Origin: Candidatus Pacebacteria bacterium UBA6180
GTDB taxonomy: Bacteria; Patescibacteriota; Microgenomatia; UBA1400; PJMF01
Length of the DNA: 64,000 nt
Reading direction: 5' to 3'
Assembly (NCBI GenBank): GCA_002422165.1
Contig: DITQ01000001.1
Coordinates: 7,919 to 71,918 of the forward strand
Part shown: in pieces, positions 45,231-55,376 of the stretch
How the letters are laid out: every line of letters starts with the position of its first letter
How positions within the stretch are numbered: position 1 is the first letter of the stretch
Notes under the pieces: generated by a model
Seen by the model: the letters and a program-made list of their open reading frames with translations, nothing else
Database searches by the model: none
Told to the model about the DNA's origin: nothing
Position numbers and translations under genes: made by a program

Positions 45231-45908
45231 TTATCCATTTTGAGTCATTAATAAGTAAACGAGCAAGCCAATCATAGCTAAAAGGAAAATAATCATACCA
45301 ATGAGACGACCATTGATTTGAACCGATAAGAAAGACTGCTCATCCTGCATCTTGCGTTCCAATTCAGCTTCGTCGATGAAATTGTAGCTTTCCAAAATAC
45401 TTTGGTCTTTCAGAGATTGCTTGGCCAGTTCTTGAGTGAAGGGGTTTTCACTGGTTATGCCAGCGGCAAAGGAGGGTGCGGCCACCATTACTGTGAAGCC
45501 AGCTTGTTCACAAGCAGTCACAATTGGCTGTAATAAATCTTGATTGATGGCTACAATACGCGACCCACCTTGAATGGGAAAAATTTTAGTACTAATTTTA
45601 CTAAAAGGAATTGTGGCCAGAAAGCCTTGGACTTCTGGATCTTCATTGCTTATGTTGGTTTGTTGACTGTCTTGAAAAAAGTAAGTTTCTTCGACGAAGT
45701 AGATGGCTAGAGTTTTGGGGACTAGTTGGGTTTGTTTAACCCAATTTTTGAGAATGCGCTCAAGCGAAGGTTGACTAATGATTTCCAAGTCTTGAACCAC
45801 TTCAGTTGGCAGAGAAAGTGTTGATAAGTCAGCTAATTCTGGAGAATACAGTATCAGCGATTGGCGGTTGACGCATAAACAGGAGTGGGCGATGAATTTT
45901 TTTGACAT
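45231..45908 (-). CDS. pilus-assembly-associated protein, PilM-like fragment with C-terminal TM anchor
   Basis: ...RIVAINQDLLQPIVTACEQAGFTVMVAAPSFAA... resembles the PilM/FtsA-fold C-terminal subdomain; one C-terminal TM; sits inside the pilin gene cluster. Confidence 0.35.
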   Translation of the reverse strand: MSKKFIAHSCLCVNRQSLILYSPELADLSTLSLPTEVVQDLEIISQPSLERILKNWVKQTQLVPKTLAIYFVEETYFFQDSQQTNISNEDPEVQGFLATIPFSKISTKIFPIQGGSRIVAINQDLLQPIVTACEQAGFTVMVAAPSFAAGITSENPFTQELAKQSLKDQSILESYNFIDEAELERKMQDEQSFLSVQINGRLIGMIIFLLAMIGLLVYLLMTQNG

Positions 45909-45917
45909 GATTAGTTT

Positions 45918-46316
45918 TTAGATTTCTTGCCATGAAGTAAGGACGGAGCTACCATTCTCTTCGGCGACAATCGCTTGGAGATGACGGCTGGCTGTGGCGT
46001 TTTCGCCGACCACCGTGACTATTCTATTTGTTCCGTCTGCAACCACTGTAATTGTGGCAGTTCCTGCAGTCAAAGTCAACGTTTCTCCAGAGTAATTAGG
46101 ATCTCGGATTAGGCGTATCAAGGCATTCTCCATGCCTGCTTCAGCCAGAGTCAGGGCTTGCTCTGCTGCAATAAATTGGCGGCTTGAACTAGCTTGGATG
46201 ACAGTTAGAGTGATGCCCAAGGTGATAATAATAATTGCCACCGCGCTAAACACCAAAACTGTGGTTAGGGCCATGCCACTTTGAGTTTGCTGGTGTTTGG
46301 TGGGGGTTTTTGTCAT
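45918..46316 (-). CDS. minor pilin-like protein (N-terminal hydrophobic helix without Glu5)
   Basis: 132 aa; SGMALTTVLVFSAVAIIIITLGITL; beta-rich remainder; inside the pilin cluster. Confidence 0.45.
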   Translation of the reverse strand: MTKTPTKHQQTQSGMALTTVLVFSAVAIIIITLGITLTVIQASSSRQFIAAEQALTLAEAGMENALIRLIRDPNYSGETLTLTAGTATITVVADGTNRIVTVVGENATASRHLQAIVAEENGSSVLTSWQEI

Positions 46317-46810
46317 CAGCGTAGTCCCGTCGTAAATTCTAAGGTTTTGGTCAGATTGTCGCCGGCTTGATGCAGCTCAACTTCAACGGTGATTGAAGTT
46401 GCATCTTCACCATTGCCAAGTCTAGTGAAACTTAAATTGCTGGCAGTGATGCTATTACTAAGCAAACTCGCACTCTGATCGTCTTCGACAATAATAATCT
46501 TATCGTCGCTAAGTAAATAATGCACTTGGTGATCTTCAAAATTGAGAGTTAGTGTGCCGGTGGTTTCGCCGTCGCTACTTGGACTAACAATTGAATTAGC
46601 TTGGTAGAGATCGTGTTGGAAGCGGCTCATCAAGTACCAGCTGTCTGCATCTAAATTAGCTGCCGTGGCGGCGTCACTTTGTGTTTCCAGCGTGGAAATG
46701 AAAAAAGCACTCAAGATAGTCAGCAAACCAGAGAATAAACCCATATAAATCAGCAACTCGAGGAGAGTGAAGCCGCGCTGTGATTTTGTGATAATTGAGG
46801 TGCTTGGCAT
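46316..46810 (-). CDS. prepilin-type minor pilin/pseudopilin
   Basis: ...QRGFTLLELLIYMGLFSGLL... class III signal. The start was taken at the Met immediately after the stop of the upstream gene. Confidence 0.7.
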   Translation of the reverse strand: MPSTSIITKSQRGFTLLELLIYMGLFSGLLTILSAFFISTLETQSDAATAANLDADSWYLMSRFQHDLYQANSIVSPSSDGETTGTLTLNFEDHQVHYLLSDDKIIIVEDDQSASLLSNSITASNLSFTRLGNGEDATSITVEVELHQAGDNLTKTLEFTTGLR

Positions 46811-46811
46811 G

Positions 46812-48767
46812 TTATGGTGAATAATTGATGGTAATGTCTTCGAGCATTGGAGTGAGCAGGATGTCGGTGGTGTCGAAGAAAGCCTTATATTTGAAACAGC
46901 GTGCTGGATTGTTATGTCCACCAGCTTGATTGTCAAAAGGAATAGCGCTGAGCTCACCAGTAAAGTATTCGTCTATGGCGCCACCTGGGCCAACGAAACT
47001 GTAGCTAGCGTCCTCGCAGCTGCTTGGCCCAAGTGGCGCACCTGCAACTTGCAAGCGAAGGGTAGTACCATCCGGCACATTGCCGGTAAAAGACAAACGG
47101 TTGTAGGCAGTGTTACTACCAGTGTCGAAGGCCGCTGATTCATATTGGCCGGTCATAGAGTAAGAGCCACCTGGTCCGCCTTCGATAACCTTAAGCTCGC
47201 TGTTGGCTTGACCAGTGTTGATGTAGGCGTAAGCGTCGGTGTCATCTTCGACCACGGTGGCGATGTCCCAAATGCCGCTGTCTTCGTTGAAGCCGCCGCA
47301 GCGAGTAGGATTGGTTTCTGGAGAGATGGTGACCACTTGGTATTCTTCGCCACCCACTCCGACGATAACTGCTCGATTGCCAGAGAGGACCAGGTCGACC
47401 GCCTTGGGATCCATACCATTGGTATCATAGGAGGCAATCACCGAGAGGCTGTTTTTGTTCTCGGTGTTAATGATGAAAAATTCATTTCTGCTGGCATCAC
47501 CAGCAGTCACCAGATAAGCGCGATGCCCCTCTGGAGAGATGTAGACATCGCGAGCTTGGCCGCCGTTGACAGTGAGGCTGCCTAGCATCGTCATGCTGCT
47601 TGGATTGCTGACATCGACCAGGCGCAGTTGGTTGCTAGTGGCAGCGAGACTGACGTAGGCCACTCCATCTACCACATAGACGCTGCTGCCGTTTGCTCCC
47701 AAGCCAATGCTGCCCATGCCTGCCTGTGAAGCTGAACCGACAATTGGGTCAGCTGAGAAGCGATAAAGTGTCGAGCCAGCAATCACGTAACCCACGCCAT
47801 CTAGAACGTAAATACTTAGTGCGCTGTTGGGACCAGGAATGTCGTAATAGCCGGCGAGTGTCATATTGTTTAAATTGACGATGGCGACTTCTCTAGCATT
47901 AGTATCGGTGGCGAGGAAGCCATGTTGATCAGTGCCGAAGACATCGTTGGTTTTATAGCCGTCAAAAGTGCCTGCTAGCGTGGTCACTGGCGGATAAGCG
48001 TCGGTCACGGTCACGTAAGCTAGGGAAACTCCAGAGGCATTTTCGCCAGTTGTCGAAAAAATCTTACCCTGAATAGCGGTGATGGCGCGAGCTGCACCCT
48101 GCCTGGGTAAATCAAGCTGACTGACCGCCGCGCTTCCCGGCTCACACCAGTTACCGCGCCCTGGCCCGGCAGCATCGAGGGTAATCTCACCACCATCATT
48201 TTCTGTAAAAACGACTGAAGTTGCGACATGGCCAGCGCGAGAAAAATCAGCTACCGTAGTATCGATAAAAGCCAAATTATCCAGATATCTAGTCATGTAG
48301 ATGGTGTTGCTGTAAGTGGAAACAAGGGGCTGATTCCAAGAGACAGTGATGGTAATGGCTTTGGTCGAAGGGTCAAGCGTACCGCCAAGCAGAGTAATGT
48401 TGCCGAGAGCATCGCGAAAAACGTCGGCTATCATTATCGAGCGAGTCATGCCAGAATCAGGATTGATCACTTCACTACCTGGAGCCAAAGTCCAGCTAGT
48501 GGCGGTGGTCTGTGGATGAAAAGTGCCGTTTTGGGCAATCTGGTCCCAGCCTTGCTCGCGAATGACTCGCAAAGCCTCAATGGTTTCCTGATAGACGGCG
48601 GCTGCTTGGCGCCTTTGTTCTTGTTGCGGCTTGCCTTCTCTGGTGGCGATGAAGCCAGTAAACAAAGTGCTGACCAAAAAGCCAAAAATAGCCATCGCCA
48701 TCAAGAGCTCGATTAGCGAATAGCCTTGCTGTGCTGATGGCGCTAGTGGTTTATTCTGGTATGCCAT
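46812..48767 (-). CDS. giant prepilin-type protein (651 aa), candidate pilus tip adhesin
   Basis: MAYQNKPLAPSAQQGYSLIELLMAMAIFGFLVSTLF prepilin N-terminus followed by a roughly 600-aa Gly/Ser/Thr/Val-rich beta domain. Confidence 0.7.
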   Translation of the reverse strand: MAYQNKPLAPSAQQGYSLIELLMAMAIFGFLVSTLFTGFIATREGKPQQEQRRQAAAVYQETIEALRVIREQGWDQIAQNGTFHPQTTATSWTLAPGSEVINPDSGMTRSIMIADVFRDALGNITLLGGTLDPSTKAITITVSWNQPLVSTYSNTIYMTRYLDNLAFIDTTVADFSRAGHVATSVVFTENDGGEITLDAAGPGRGNWCEPGSAAVSQLDLPRQGAARAITAIQGKIFSTTGENASGVSLAYVTVTDAYPPVTTLAGTFDGYKTNDVFGTDQHGFLATDTNAREVAIVNLNNMTLAGYYDIPGPNSALSIYVLDGVGYVIAGSTLYRFSADPIVGSASQAGMGSIGLGANGSSVYVVDGVAYVSLAATSNQLRLVDVSNPSSMTMLGSLTVNGGQARDVYISPEGHRAYLVTAGDASRNEFFIINTENKNSLSVIASYDTNGMDPKAVDLVLSGNRAVIVGVGGEEYQVVTISPETNPTRCGGFNEDSGIWDIATVVEDDTDAYAYINTGQANSELKVIEGGPGGSYSMTGQYESAAFDTGSNTAYNRLSFTGNVPDGTTLRLQVAGAPLGPSSCEDASYSFVGPGGAIDEYFTGELSAIPFDNQAGGHNNPARCFKYKAFFDTTDILLTPMLEDITINYSP

Positions 48768-49266
48768 AAGGATTGAGGGTGATTAGTCTGGTGTCGCCGG
48801 TCAAAGTATCGCTGATAGTAATAGTGTGGTTGTTGCCAGTAGAATTTAGAATTTCGCCGCGGCCACGAGTGAAGATTACTACCTGATCTGGTAAAGTCGT
48901 ACTCAGCCTGATGTAGTTAGTCAGGGAAGTGACTAGGTTGCCGGGTGAATCTGGGTCGAAGCTATCGCCCTCAAAAAGAGTGTACCTGTCAGTTTGCAAA
49001 TAGATACCGTAAGTGTCGACTTCGCCAGCGCTATTTTTCTCGCCAGTCATGGCTTTGAGTTGCTGACTACGCAGCTCGGCAGTCAAGACTTCAGTCGTAG
49101 AAACTAAATTAGCTCTAGGAATGAGCCTGGAGAGCAAGACGCTGCTGACGCCAAACAAGGTGGCGATAATTGCCATGATAATCATAGTTTCTACCAGGGT
49201 GAAGCCGAGTTGGCGCAAGCGAGGCGGAGAGGTGGGCAGGCGGGTAAACTGCTTCATTACTTTCAT
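48751..49266 (-). CDS. prepilin-type pseudopilin (GspH/FimT-like)
   Basis: ...RQLGFTLVETMIIMAIIATLFGV... class III signal; 171 aa. Confidence 0.7.
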   Translation of the reverse strand: MKVMKQFTRLPTSPPRLRQLGFTLVETMIIMAIIATLFGVSSVLLSRLIPRANLVSTTEVLTAELRSQQLKAMTGEKNSAGEVDTYGIYLQTDRYTLFEGDSFDPDSPGNLVTSLTNYIRLSTTLPDQVVIFTRGRGEILNSTGNNHTITISDTLTGDTRLITLNPYGIPE

Positions 49267-49303
49267 TCTAGTATAGTCTGCTGGAGAATGTAATAGAAGG
49301 CTC

Positions 49304-49594
49304 TCAGCAAGGGTTTTGTTTGATTAGGGCGATTTTTTGTTCCCTAGTGAGTTTCTTGATGGCGGCTTCTCTCTGACTAGCCGCACCACGAGTTTCGAAC
49401 TGCTCTGTGTAGCATAATTTGACTGGACCGCGCCCCTTGGTGTAGGCAGCGCCTTGATTGGCGTTATGTTTGGCCAGGCGCTTAGTCAGGTCATTGCTGA
49501 TGCCGGTGTAGTAAGTGCTGTCAGCGCAAGCGACGATGTAGGTGGTCCAGGTTGGGGTTGGTGGGACGGGTGGGGCAGGCGAAGCAAGGGTCAT
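49304..49594 (-). CDS. GIY-YIG nuclease domain protein (YhbQ/UPF0213-like) with PT-rich N-terminal extension
   Basis: ...WTTYIVACADSTYYTGISNDLTKRLAKHN...AYTKGRGPVKL.YTEQFETRGAASQREAAIKKLTREQKIALI. Confidence 0.7.
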   Translation of the reverse strand: MTLASPAPPVPPTPTWTTYIVACADSTYYTGISNDLTKRLAKHNANQGAAYTKGRGPVKLCYTEQFETRGAASQREAAIKKLTREQKIALIKQNPC

Positions 49595-49755
49595 GATTTT
49601 TAGTATAGCGTAGTTCTTTAGTGTAAATTAGGTTGCTGCTGTTAGCGAAGTGATTCTAGAGGTATTTTTCCTATTGACGTTTACTCATATAGATGGTGTA
49701 TGATTTGGTTATATTAAGAGGGTTGCAGTGACCCGAAATAGCGAAAGCTTAAAAT

Positions 49756-51567
49756 ATGAAACGCTTATTTTCTTCTTTGTTGATTGGGCTTGTGATGATG
49801 ATGGTCGGGGCTGGAGTTGTCCAGGCTGACACAATTCATTGGGATAAAAAAGGAACAATCGATGGATTTTGTAAAGATTTGAGGCTTAATCCTAATCTGG
49901 AGCCAGGAACTCAAGAATGGCAGTTTAATTTGACAAACTCAATTGAAGACATAAGTTTTTTGAGTGCAGAATTTCAAAACTCAAGTGATTCAGTAGAAAA
50001 TAAAGAACATGATGAATTAGATGGTCCTGTAGCCAAATGGTTTGTGACGACATCGACAGGTGCTAAGCTGGTTTCAGCTAATGCGAGAGAGGGTAAATCT
50101 AACTCTCAGTTAACAGTTTCTCACTGTTATTACAATCCAATTTTACCTCTAGATGTCTCCAAAACAGCCGAGACTTCTTACACTAGAACCTACAAATGGG
50201 ATATTCTCAAAAGTGTAGGTCGAGATGTTATTACACTTGATTCTGAGAATTTGCCAGACATACTTGAGGCAAACTATTTACTTAAAATTTTTGCTGATTT
50301 CGAAGAGCATGATTACGCTGTTTCTGGGACAATCACGATCAAGAACCCGAATCCTGGTCACGATGCTCTAATAAATAGCATAAGCGATGAGTTGAAAATT
50401 GATGACAGCCCCTATCCAGTGGAGCTTACTGACTGTATGGAAGATGATAATGTAATTCCCTTGCCATCTGTTGAGAAGCCATACTTGCTAGAGGCGGGTA
50501 AAACACTAGAGTGTGATTACACTCGTGATCTTGATGGTAAGGTCGCAGGTGTTAATCACGTAGTGGTTGTTACAGCTGAAGCAAGCGATGTCCCTGGGGG
50601 TAATGCTGAAAAGGAGTTTGATTTTGTCGCAACCGAGCCTAAAGAAATTGACAAATGTGTCGATATCTATGACGACAAAGTAAATCTTGAGAATCCCGAG
50701 CTGTGTTTTGATCCAGAAGAATTTGATAATAATGAAGGAGATGAAAGCACTCTTCGCTATGTATACCATAAAGAATACTCTCTTGATTTGTTAACGTTGG
50801 TGGATGGTGATTTGCAGTGCGGTGCGACTGAATTTACAAACACCGCTGAAGTTAGAAGATTGCTTGAAGATCTTGAAGAGTATGACATGGAGGAGCACTT
50901 AATTGCTTCTGACTCAGCCACCGTCTTAGTGACTCTAGAGTGCCCTGTCGCCTGCACCTTGACTCAAGGGTACTGGAAGACTCACTCTCTGTATGGGCCA
51001 GCTTCAAGTGATGAAGTTTGGGATTCGCTTGCAAGTGGTGCTGACACTTCATTTTTCCAAAGTGGCAAAACTTATTACAAAGTCCTCTGGACTGCTCCAG
51101 GAGGAAATGTCTACTACGTCTTGGCTCACCAGTACATTGCAGCGGAGCTAAATATGTTAGCTAAGGCAAGTATGCCAGGAGAGGTGCAGGGAGCATTTGA
51201 TGCGGCTTATGAATTATTAATGGATAGTGATCCGGATAAAGTTGCCGAACTCAAAGGTCAAGCTCGCAACCATTGGACAAGCTTAGCCAAAACCCTTGAT
51301 GACTATAACAATGGCTTAATCGGTCCTGGACACTGTGGTGATGAGCAAATTGCTCCCTCGACTACAGTTGAAGGGCCGGTCTTGCAGACCACTCTTTTGC
51401 AGCCACCAGCAGTTCAAACTGAAGATAGTGGGCAGAAATTCCCATGGGAACTGCAGTTCGCTAAGGATGTCAATCCGCCTGCGATGACTTTATTTAGTGA
51501 TCCTCGCCAGGTGTTACCTGCATTGGCGAATTCAAATGCAAATAGCGCCAAAGGCAAGGCTAAATAG
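49756..51567 (+). CDS. hypothetical secreted protein (603 aa)
   Basis: Signal peptide MKRLFSSLLIGLVMMMVGAGVVQA; Asp/Glu-rich; a C-terminal Cys-containing region (CPVACTLTQGYWKTH...). Confidence 0.6.
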   Translation: MKRLFSSLLIGLVMMMVGAGVVQADTIHWDKKGTIDGFCKDLRLNPNLEPGTQEWQFNLTNSIEDISFLSAEFQNSSDSVENKEHDELDGPVAKWFVTTSTGAKLVSANAREGKSNSQLTVSHCYYNPILPLDVSKTAETSYTRTYKWDILKSVGRDVITLDSENLPDILEANYLLKIFADFEEHDYAVSGTITIKNPNPGHDALINSISDELKIDDSPYPVELTDCMEDDNVIPLPSVEKPYLLEAGKTLECDYTRDLDGKVAGVNHVVVVTAEASDVPGGNAEKEFDFVATEPKEIDKCVDIYDDKVNLENPELCFDPEEFDNNEGDESTLRYVYHKEYSLDLLTLVDGDLQCGATEFTNTAEVRRLLEDLEEYDMEEHLIASDSATVLVTLECPVACTLTQGYWKTHSLYGPASSDEVWDSLASGADTSFFQSGKTYYKVLWTAPGGNVYYVLAHQYIAAELNMLAKASMPGEVQGAFDAAYELLMDSDPDKVAELKGQARNHWTSLAKTLDDYNNGLIGPGHCGDEQIAPSTTVEGPVLQTTLLQPPAVQTEDSGQKFPWELQFAKDVNPPAMTLFSDPRQVLPALANSNANSAKGKAK

Positions 51568-51587
51568 TTAGTGCTAAAGTATTTGGC

Positions 51588-52001
51588 CTAGCCAGCCATC
51601 TTGTAGTCTTGGAGCATTTGTTTTAGAGTGTTTATTTTGCCAGAGTAATCAAGCATTTTTCTCATCTCGTGTAGTCTGCTAATGATTTTAGCAGGAGTAG
51701 ACTCAGGAGAACCGAGAAAAACAGGGTTGACTAATTCTTCATCGCTAAACTTTAGCTTTTCAATAATTCCGATTATCTCATTCAACCACAATTTTTTGTC
51801 TTGAAGTGAGATTAAACCTACGAACTCCGGCCCATATTTTCCATGATTTCCGAAAAAATGCGCTATAGCCATGTCGATGGTCCAATTTGACCGATATGTA
51901 GATCGAAAACACTTACGTTGCAATCCTTCTTTGATGGCAGTTAATTGCTTTTTTATTGCTTCTCGAGATAGTAAATGATCTACATAATTATTTTCACGCA
52001 T
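51588..52001 (-). CDS. hypothetical cytoplasmic protein (137 aa)
   Basis: ORF with no recognised motifs; Lys-rich and alpha-helical in character. Confidence 0.4.
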   Translation of the reverse strand: MRENNYVDHLLSREAIKKQLTAIKEGLQRKCFRSTYRSNWTIDMAIAHFFGNHGKYGPEFVGLISLQDKKLWLNEIIGIIEKLKFSDEELVNPVFLGSPESTPAKIISRLHEMRKMLDYSGKINTLKQMLQDYKMAG

Positions 52002-52024
52002 GATGCCTTTATATATTTACAACA

Positions 52025-54190
52025 TCACAAGGACTTATTATAAACTGAGGGAAGATTGAGAGTGCTTCTCCCACTCACTATCATGTAGTATCCTCCTAGT
52101 TTGTCGATTGCAGCTACAGTCTTATTCTCAGGATCAACTGTTGAGGAAGGCATAATAGACCAAGTGATGCCGTCAGGAGAGTGTGCAAGTTTAAGCGCAG
52201 AGGGTTTAAAGGGGTGGGTGGGGTCACCAGGAGGGACGAGGTCGAGATCAGTATAGCCTAGGGAGATAATAGAGGGTTTATCTTGTAGAGAAGGAATAAT
52301 GACTGGCGGTTCATTGTTAGAATTTTTGGGAGGATAGGCTTTGTAGAAGATTTTTTGAATACTCCCAACCTGCCAAGCCACTCCACTTCTAGTTTTAATT
52401 CCCATTAGATCACCACCTGTTAACACGGTGTTGGGCTTAGCAGTTAAATGAAGAAGAGAGGATGCAAGATCAGAAGGCACTTGTTTGATTGAAGAGAGGA
52501 AGGCATTAAACTTGAGAGTTTCTGGTTCGATAACCACCGCAACCTTTTGTTCTCCGGGACTCGAGTCTTTTGTTGGCGAGAGGATGGCTCCACTCTTATT
52601 GCCGTGATCGGAATATGGGATTTGAACGATCTCTTCCTGTGTAGAATTGCCTGAATTGGAGTTTGCCAATGAGGTTGGAGACGGAGAGGAAGACGGAGAC
52701 GGAGAAGGAGAGGGATATGAGTACTTGATGATAAAGCCTGGATATATCCCAGTTGGTGTAAATAGCGAGGGAGTGCTGCCTGGATTGAAGTCAACTGAGC
52801 CGGAAACATAACCGGTCAAATAGAGATCATACCCATGACTAATGACGCTAATACCTTCATCATACCCAGCGGATGAACCAAAAGTTTTGACCCACGCCAG
52901 CTCGCCTGAGGTGTTAAAAGCACTCACGAAAACATCATGAAGGTAACTACCAGCTGGAGCGGTATGAATAACTGTTTCCGGGCCAGGATCAAAGTCGACA
53001 CTGCTCTCAAAAATTCCCGTGACGTAGATATTATTGTTTGCATCTATATGAAGAGCTTTTTGCCAAGCGACGCTGTCATATCCTGTCCCACCCCAAGTTT
53101 TGGTCCAGGCGTAGGTGCCGTCGGCATTATATCTGGTCAAGAAAATTTCCCTACCTCCATTTGAACTTCTTAGGTCAGAACCTTCAGGGTTAAAGTTAAC
53201 TTCGCCATCTCCAAAATAGCCACTTAGATAGATATTATTATCGCTGTCAACGGCGATCGAATAGCCAACGTCTTCTTCTATTCCACCCCAAGTTTTGGTC
53301 CAGGCGTAGGTGCCGTTGGCATTATGCTTAGTTAAAAAGATGTCGGAAGTCCCATTTGAACTTTTTAGGTCAGATCCTTCAGGGTTGAAATTAACATCGA
53401 CATCCCCGAAAAATCCGCTCATATAAAGGTTATCACTTGAGTCGAAGGCAATTGAATTGCCATAGTCATATCCTTCTCCTCCCCAAGTTTTGGTCCAGGC
53501 GTAAGTGCCGTTGGCATTATATTTGGTCAAGAAAACGTCGGAATTTCCATTTGAGTTCTTTATGTCAGATCCTTCAGGGTTGAAGTTAACATCGGTGCCT
53601 TCAAAATACCCGATCATATAAAGGTTGCCGCTGCTATCAATTGTGATCGATTGGATTGCATCGTCTCCCATCGTAGCTCCCCAAACCTTGGTCCAGGCGT
53701 AGGTGCCGTTGGCATTGTATTTGGTCAAGAAAATGTCAAAATATCCATTTGAACTTTTTAGGTCAGATCCTTCAGGGTTAAAGTTAACATCGGTCCCCAT
53801 AAACAGCCCACCCAAATAAATGTTATTATCTAGATCAATAACAATTGAGAAACCTGAGTCCCACCCCGTTCCTCCCCAAGTTTTGGTCCAGGCGTAGGTG
53901 CCGTCGACATTATATTTAGTCAAGAAAATGTCCCAATCTCCATTTGAACTTTTTAGATCAGAACCAGCAGGATTGAAATTGACATTGCTGCCTTTAAAAT
54001 AGCCGACGAGATACATATTGCCCAGGTTGTCAAAGGTGATTTGCGAAGGTTTTAATCTGGCGCTGGTGCCATCGATACTGACAACCGACTGAAAGGATGG
54101 AGGAATAAGGGTGTCAGTCGCTTTAGCCATGCCTGGAAGAGAGAGAAGCAGCAAAAACGAAAACAAGACCAAACCAAAAGCTTTACGCAT
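52025..54190 (-). CDS. secreted SBBP (beta-propeller) repeat protein with PS-rich linker and C-terminal domain
   Basis: Signal MRKAFGLVLFSFLLLLSLPGMAKA. About seven repeats of ...GTDVNFNPEGSDLKSSNG..DIFLTKYNANGTYAWTKTWGG... Then SPSPSPSSSPSPTS. Confidence 0.75.
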   Translation of the reverse strand: MRKAFGLVLFSFLLLLSLPGMAKATDTLIPPSFQSVVSIDGTSARLKPSQITFDNLGNMYLVGYFKGSNVNFNPAGSDLKSSNGDWDIFLTKYNVDGTYAWTKTWGGTGWDSGFSIVIDLDNNIYLGGLFMGTDVNFNPEGSDLKSSNGYFDIFLTKYNANGTYAWTKVWGATMGDDAIQSITIDSSGNLYMIGYFEGTDVNFNPEGSDIKNSNGNSDVFLTKYNANGTYAWTKTWGGEGYDYGNSIAFDSSDNLYMSGFFGDVDVNFNPEGSDLKSSNGTSDIFLTKHNANGTYAWTKTWGGIEEDVGYSIAVDSDNNIYLSGYFGDGEVNFNPEGSDLRSSNGGREIFLTRYNADGTYAWTKTWGGTGYDSVAWQKALHIDANNNIYVTGIFESSVDFDPGPETVIHTAPAGSYLHDVFVSAFNTSGELAWVKTFGSSAGYDEGISVISHGYDLYLTGYVSGSVDFNPGSTPSLFTPTGIYPGFIIKYSYPSPSPSPSSSPSPTSLANSNSGNSTQEEIVQIPYSDHGNKSGAILSPTKDSSPGEQKVAVVIEPETLKFNAFLSSIKQVPSDLASSLLHLTAKPNTVLTGGDLMGIKTRSGVAWQVGSIQKIFYKAYPPKNSNNEPPVIIPSLQDKPSIISLGYTDLDLVPPGDPTHPFKPSALKLAHSPDGITWSIMPSSTVDPENKTVAAIDKLGGYYMIVSGRSTLNLPSVYNKSL

Positions 54191-54255
54191 GACAATATTA
54201 ATTATATGTAAATATGGGAATCAATTCAATTAGACAATAATTGTTATAATTAATT

Positions 54256-55356
54256 ATGACTAACAATCAATTAAATATTGGATTTATTGGGTGTGGAAGA
54301 ATTGCTGCTCTTCATAGATTGGGATATTTAAATAATCCTCATGCTAAATTGATGGCAATTTGTACTCCTCATAAAACTGAACTAAATAAAATTGCCAAAG
54401 AGTGGAAAATTTCGACTGTTTACACAGATTATCGAGAAATGTTGGCAAATCCACAAATAGACCTCGTTGAAATTTTGACGCCTCACAACACTCATTTCCA
54501 GATAGCGAAAGATTCCGCTCTAGCAAAAAAACACATTAGTTTACAAAAAGTTCCCGTCATGACTCTCACTCAGTATGACGAACTGGTCGAAATTGTCAAA
54601 AAAAATAAGGTTAAATTTAGAGTTTTTGAAAATTTTCGCTTTCATAAGCCATATCAGAGAGCTTTAGAATTAGTTAAAAGTGGCAAATTAGGCAAAGTTA
54701 AGACTGTCAACCAAAGAATGTGGGCAAGCTACAAAACCAGCGTAGAATGGCCATATCCTCTCAAATCTTTAGCCTGGAGAATTAAAGAAGACACAAACTA
54801 TTCTTCTCCAACTATATTTGATGATGGTTTCCACAAGCACAGTATTGCTCAATTATTTTTACCTAAAATCAGCAGTGTCAAAGTATGGTGTCAAAAAGCA
54901 AAATTTAAAGGAATCATCCCACTAGATGTTCCAAGTGTGGTTATTTACGAAACAAATCAAAAAGACACCTACGGCACATGGAACGTCTCAACTTATCCCA
55001 ATTTACCATTAAAGTCCCACTATTATAGCTGTGATGAGCTATTAGAGATTACTTTGGAGCGAGGTTTAATTATTGTGTATGGCTGTACCGGAGATATGTT
55101 TGACAAAGGGATTGACTGGATGGATGAAAAGGGTGTCTGGAATAATGAAATTATTACCGATTCGGATTGGAAATATTCATTCATTAGTTCAACTCAAAAT
55201 TTTATTGATTCAATCTTGTTTAACAAAAATGCCAGTCTGAATGAGAAAGACGCGCGCGGCGTATTAAAAGTTACTTTGGCTGCGGTAAAAAGCCTTAAAA
55301 ATGATGGAGCGACTGTCGGCACCTCTGACGATGAAATTAGAACTGTTCGTCCTTAG
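54256..55356 (+). CDS. Gfo/Idh/MocA-family NAD(P)-dependent oxidoreductase
   Basis: N-terminal Rossmann IGFIGCGRIAALHRLGY; 366 aa. Confidence 0.75.
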   Translation: MTNNQLNIGFIGCGRIAALHRLGYLNNPHAKLMAICTPHKTELNKIAKEWKISTVYTDYREMLANPQIDLVEILTPHNTHFQIAKDSALAKKHISLQKVPVMTLTQYDELVEIVKKNKVKFRVFENFRFHKPYQRALELVKSGKLGKVKTVNQRMWASYKTSVEWPYPLKSLAWRIKEDTNYSSPTIFDDGFHKHSIAQLFLPKISSVKVWCQKAKFKGIIPLDVPSVVIYETNQKDTYGTWNVSTYPNLPLKSHYYSCDELLEITLERGLIIVYGCTGDMFDKGIDWMDEKGVWNNEIITDSDWKYSFISSTQNFIDSILFNKNASLNEKDARGVLKVTLAAVKSLKNDGATVGTSDDEIRTVRP

Positions 55357-55376
55357 TAAAACCTATTTTTTTCTTG

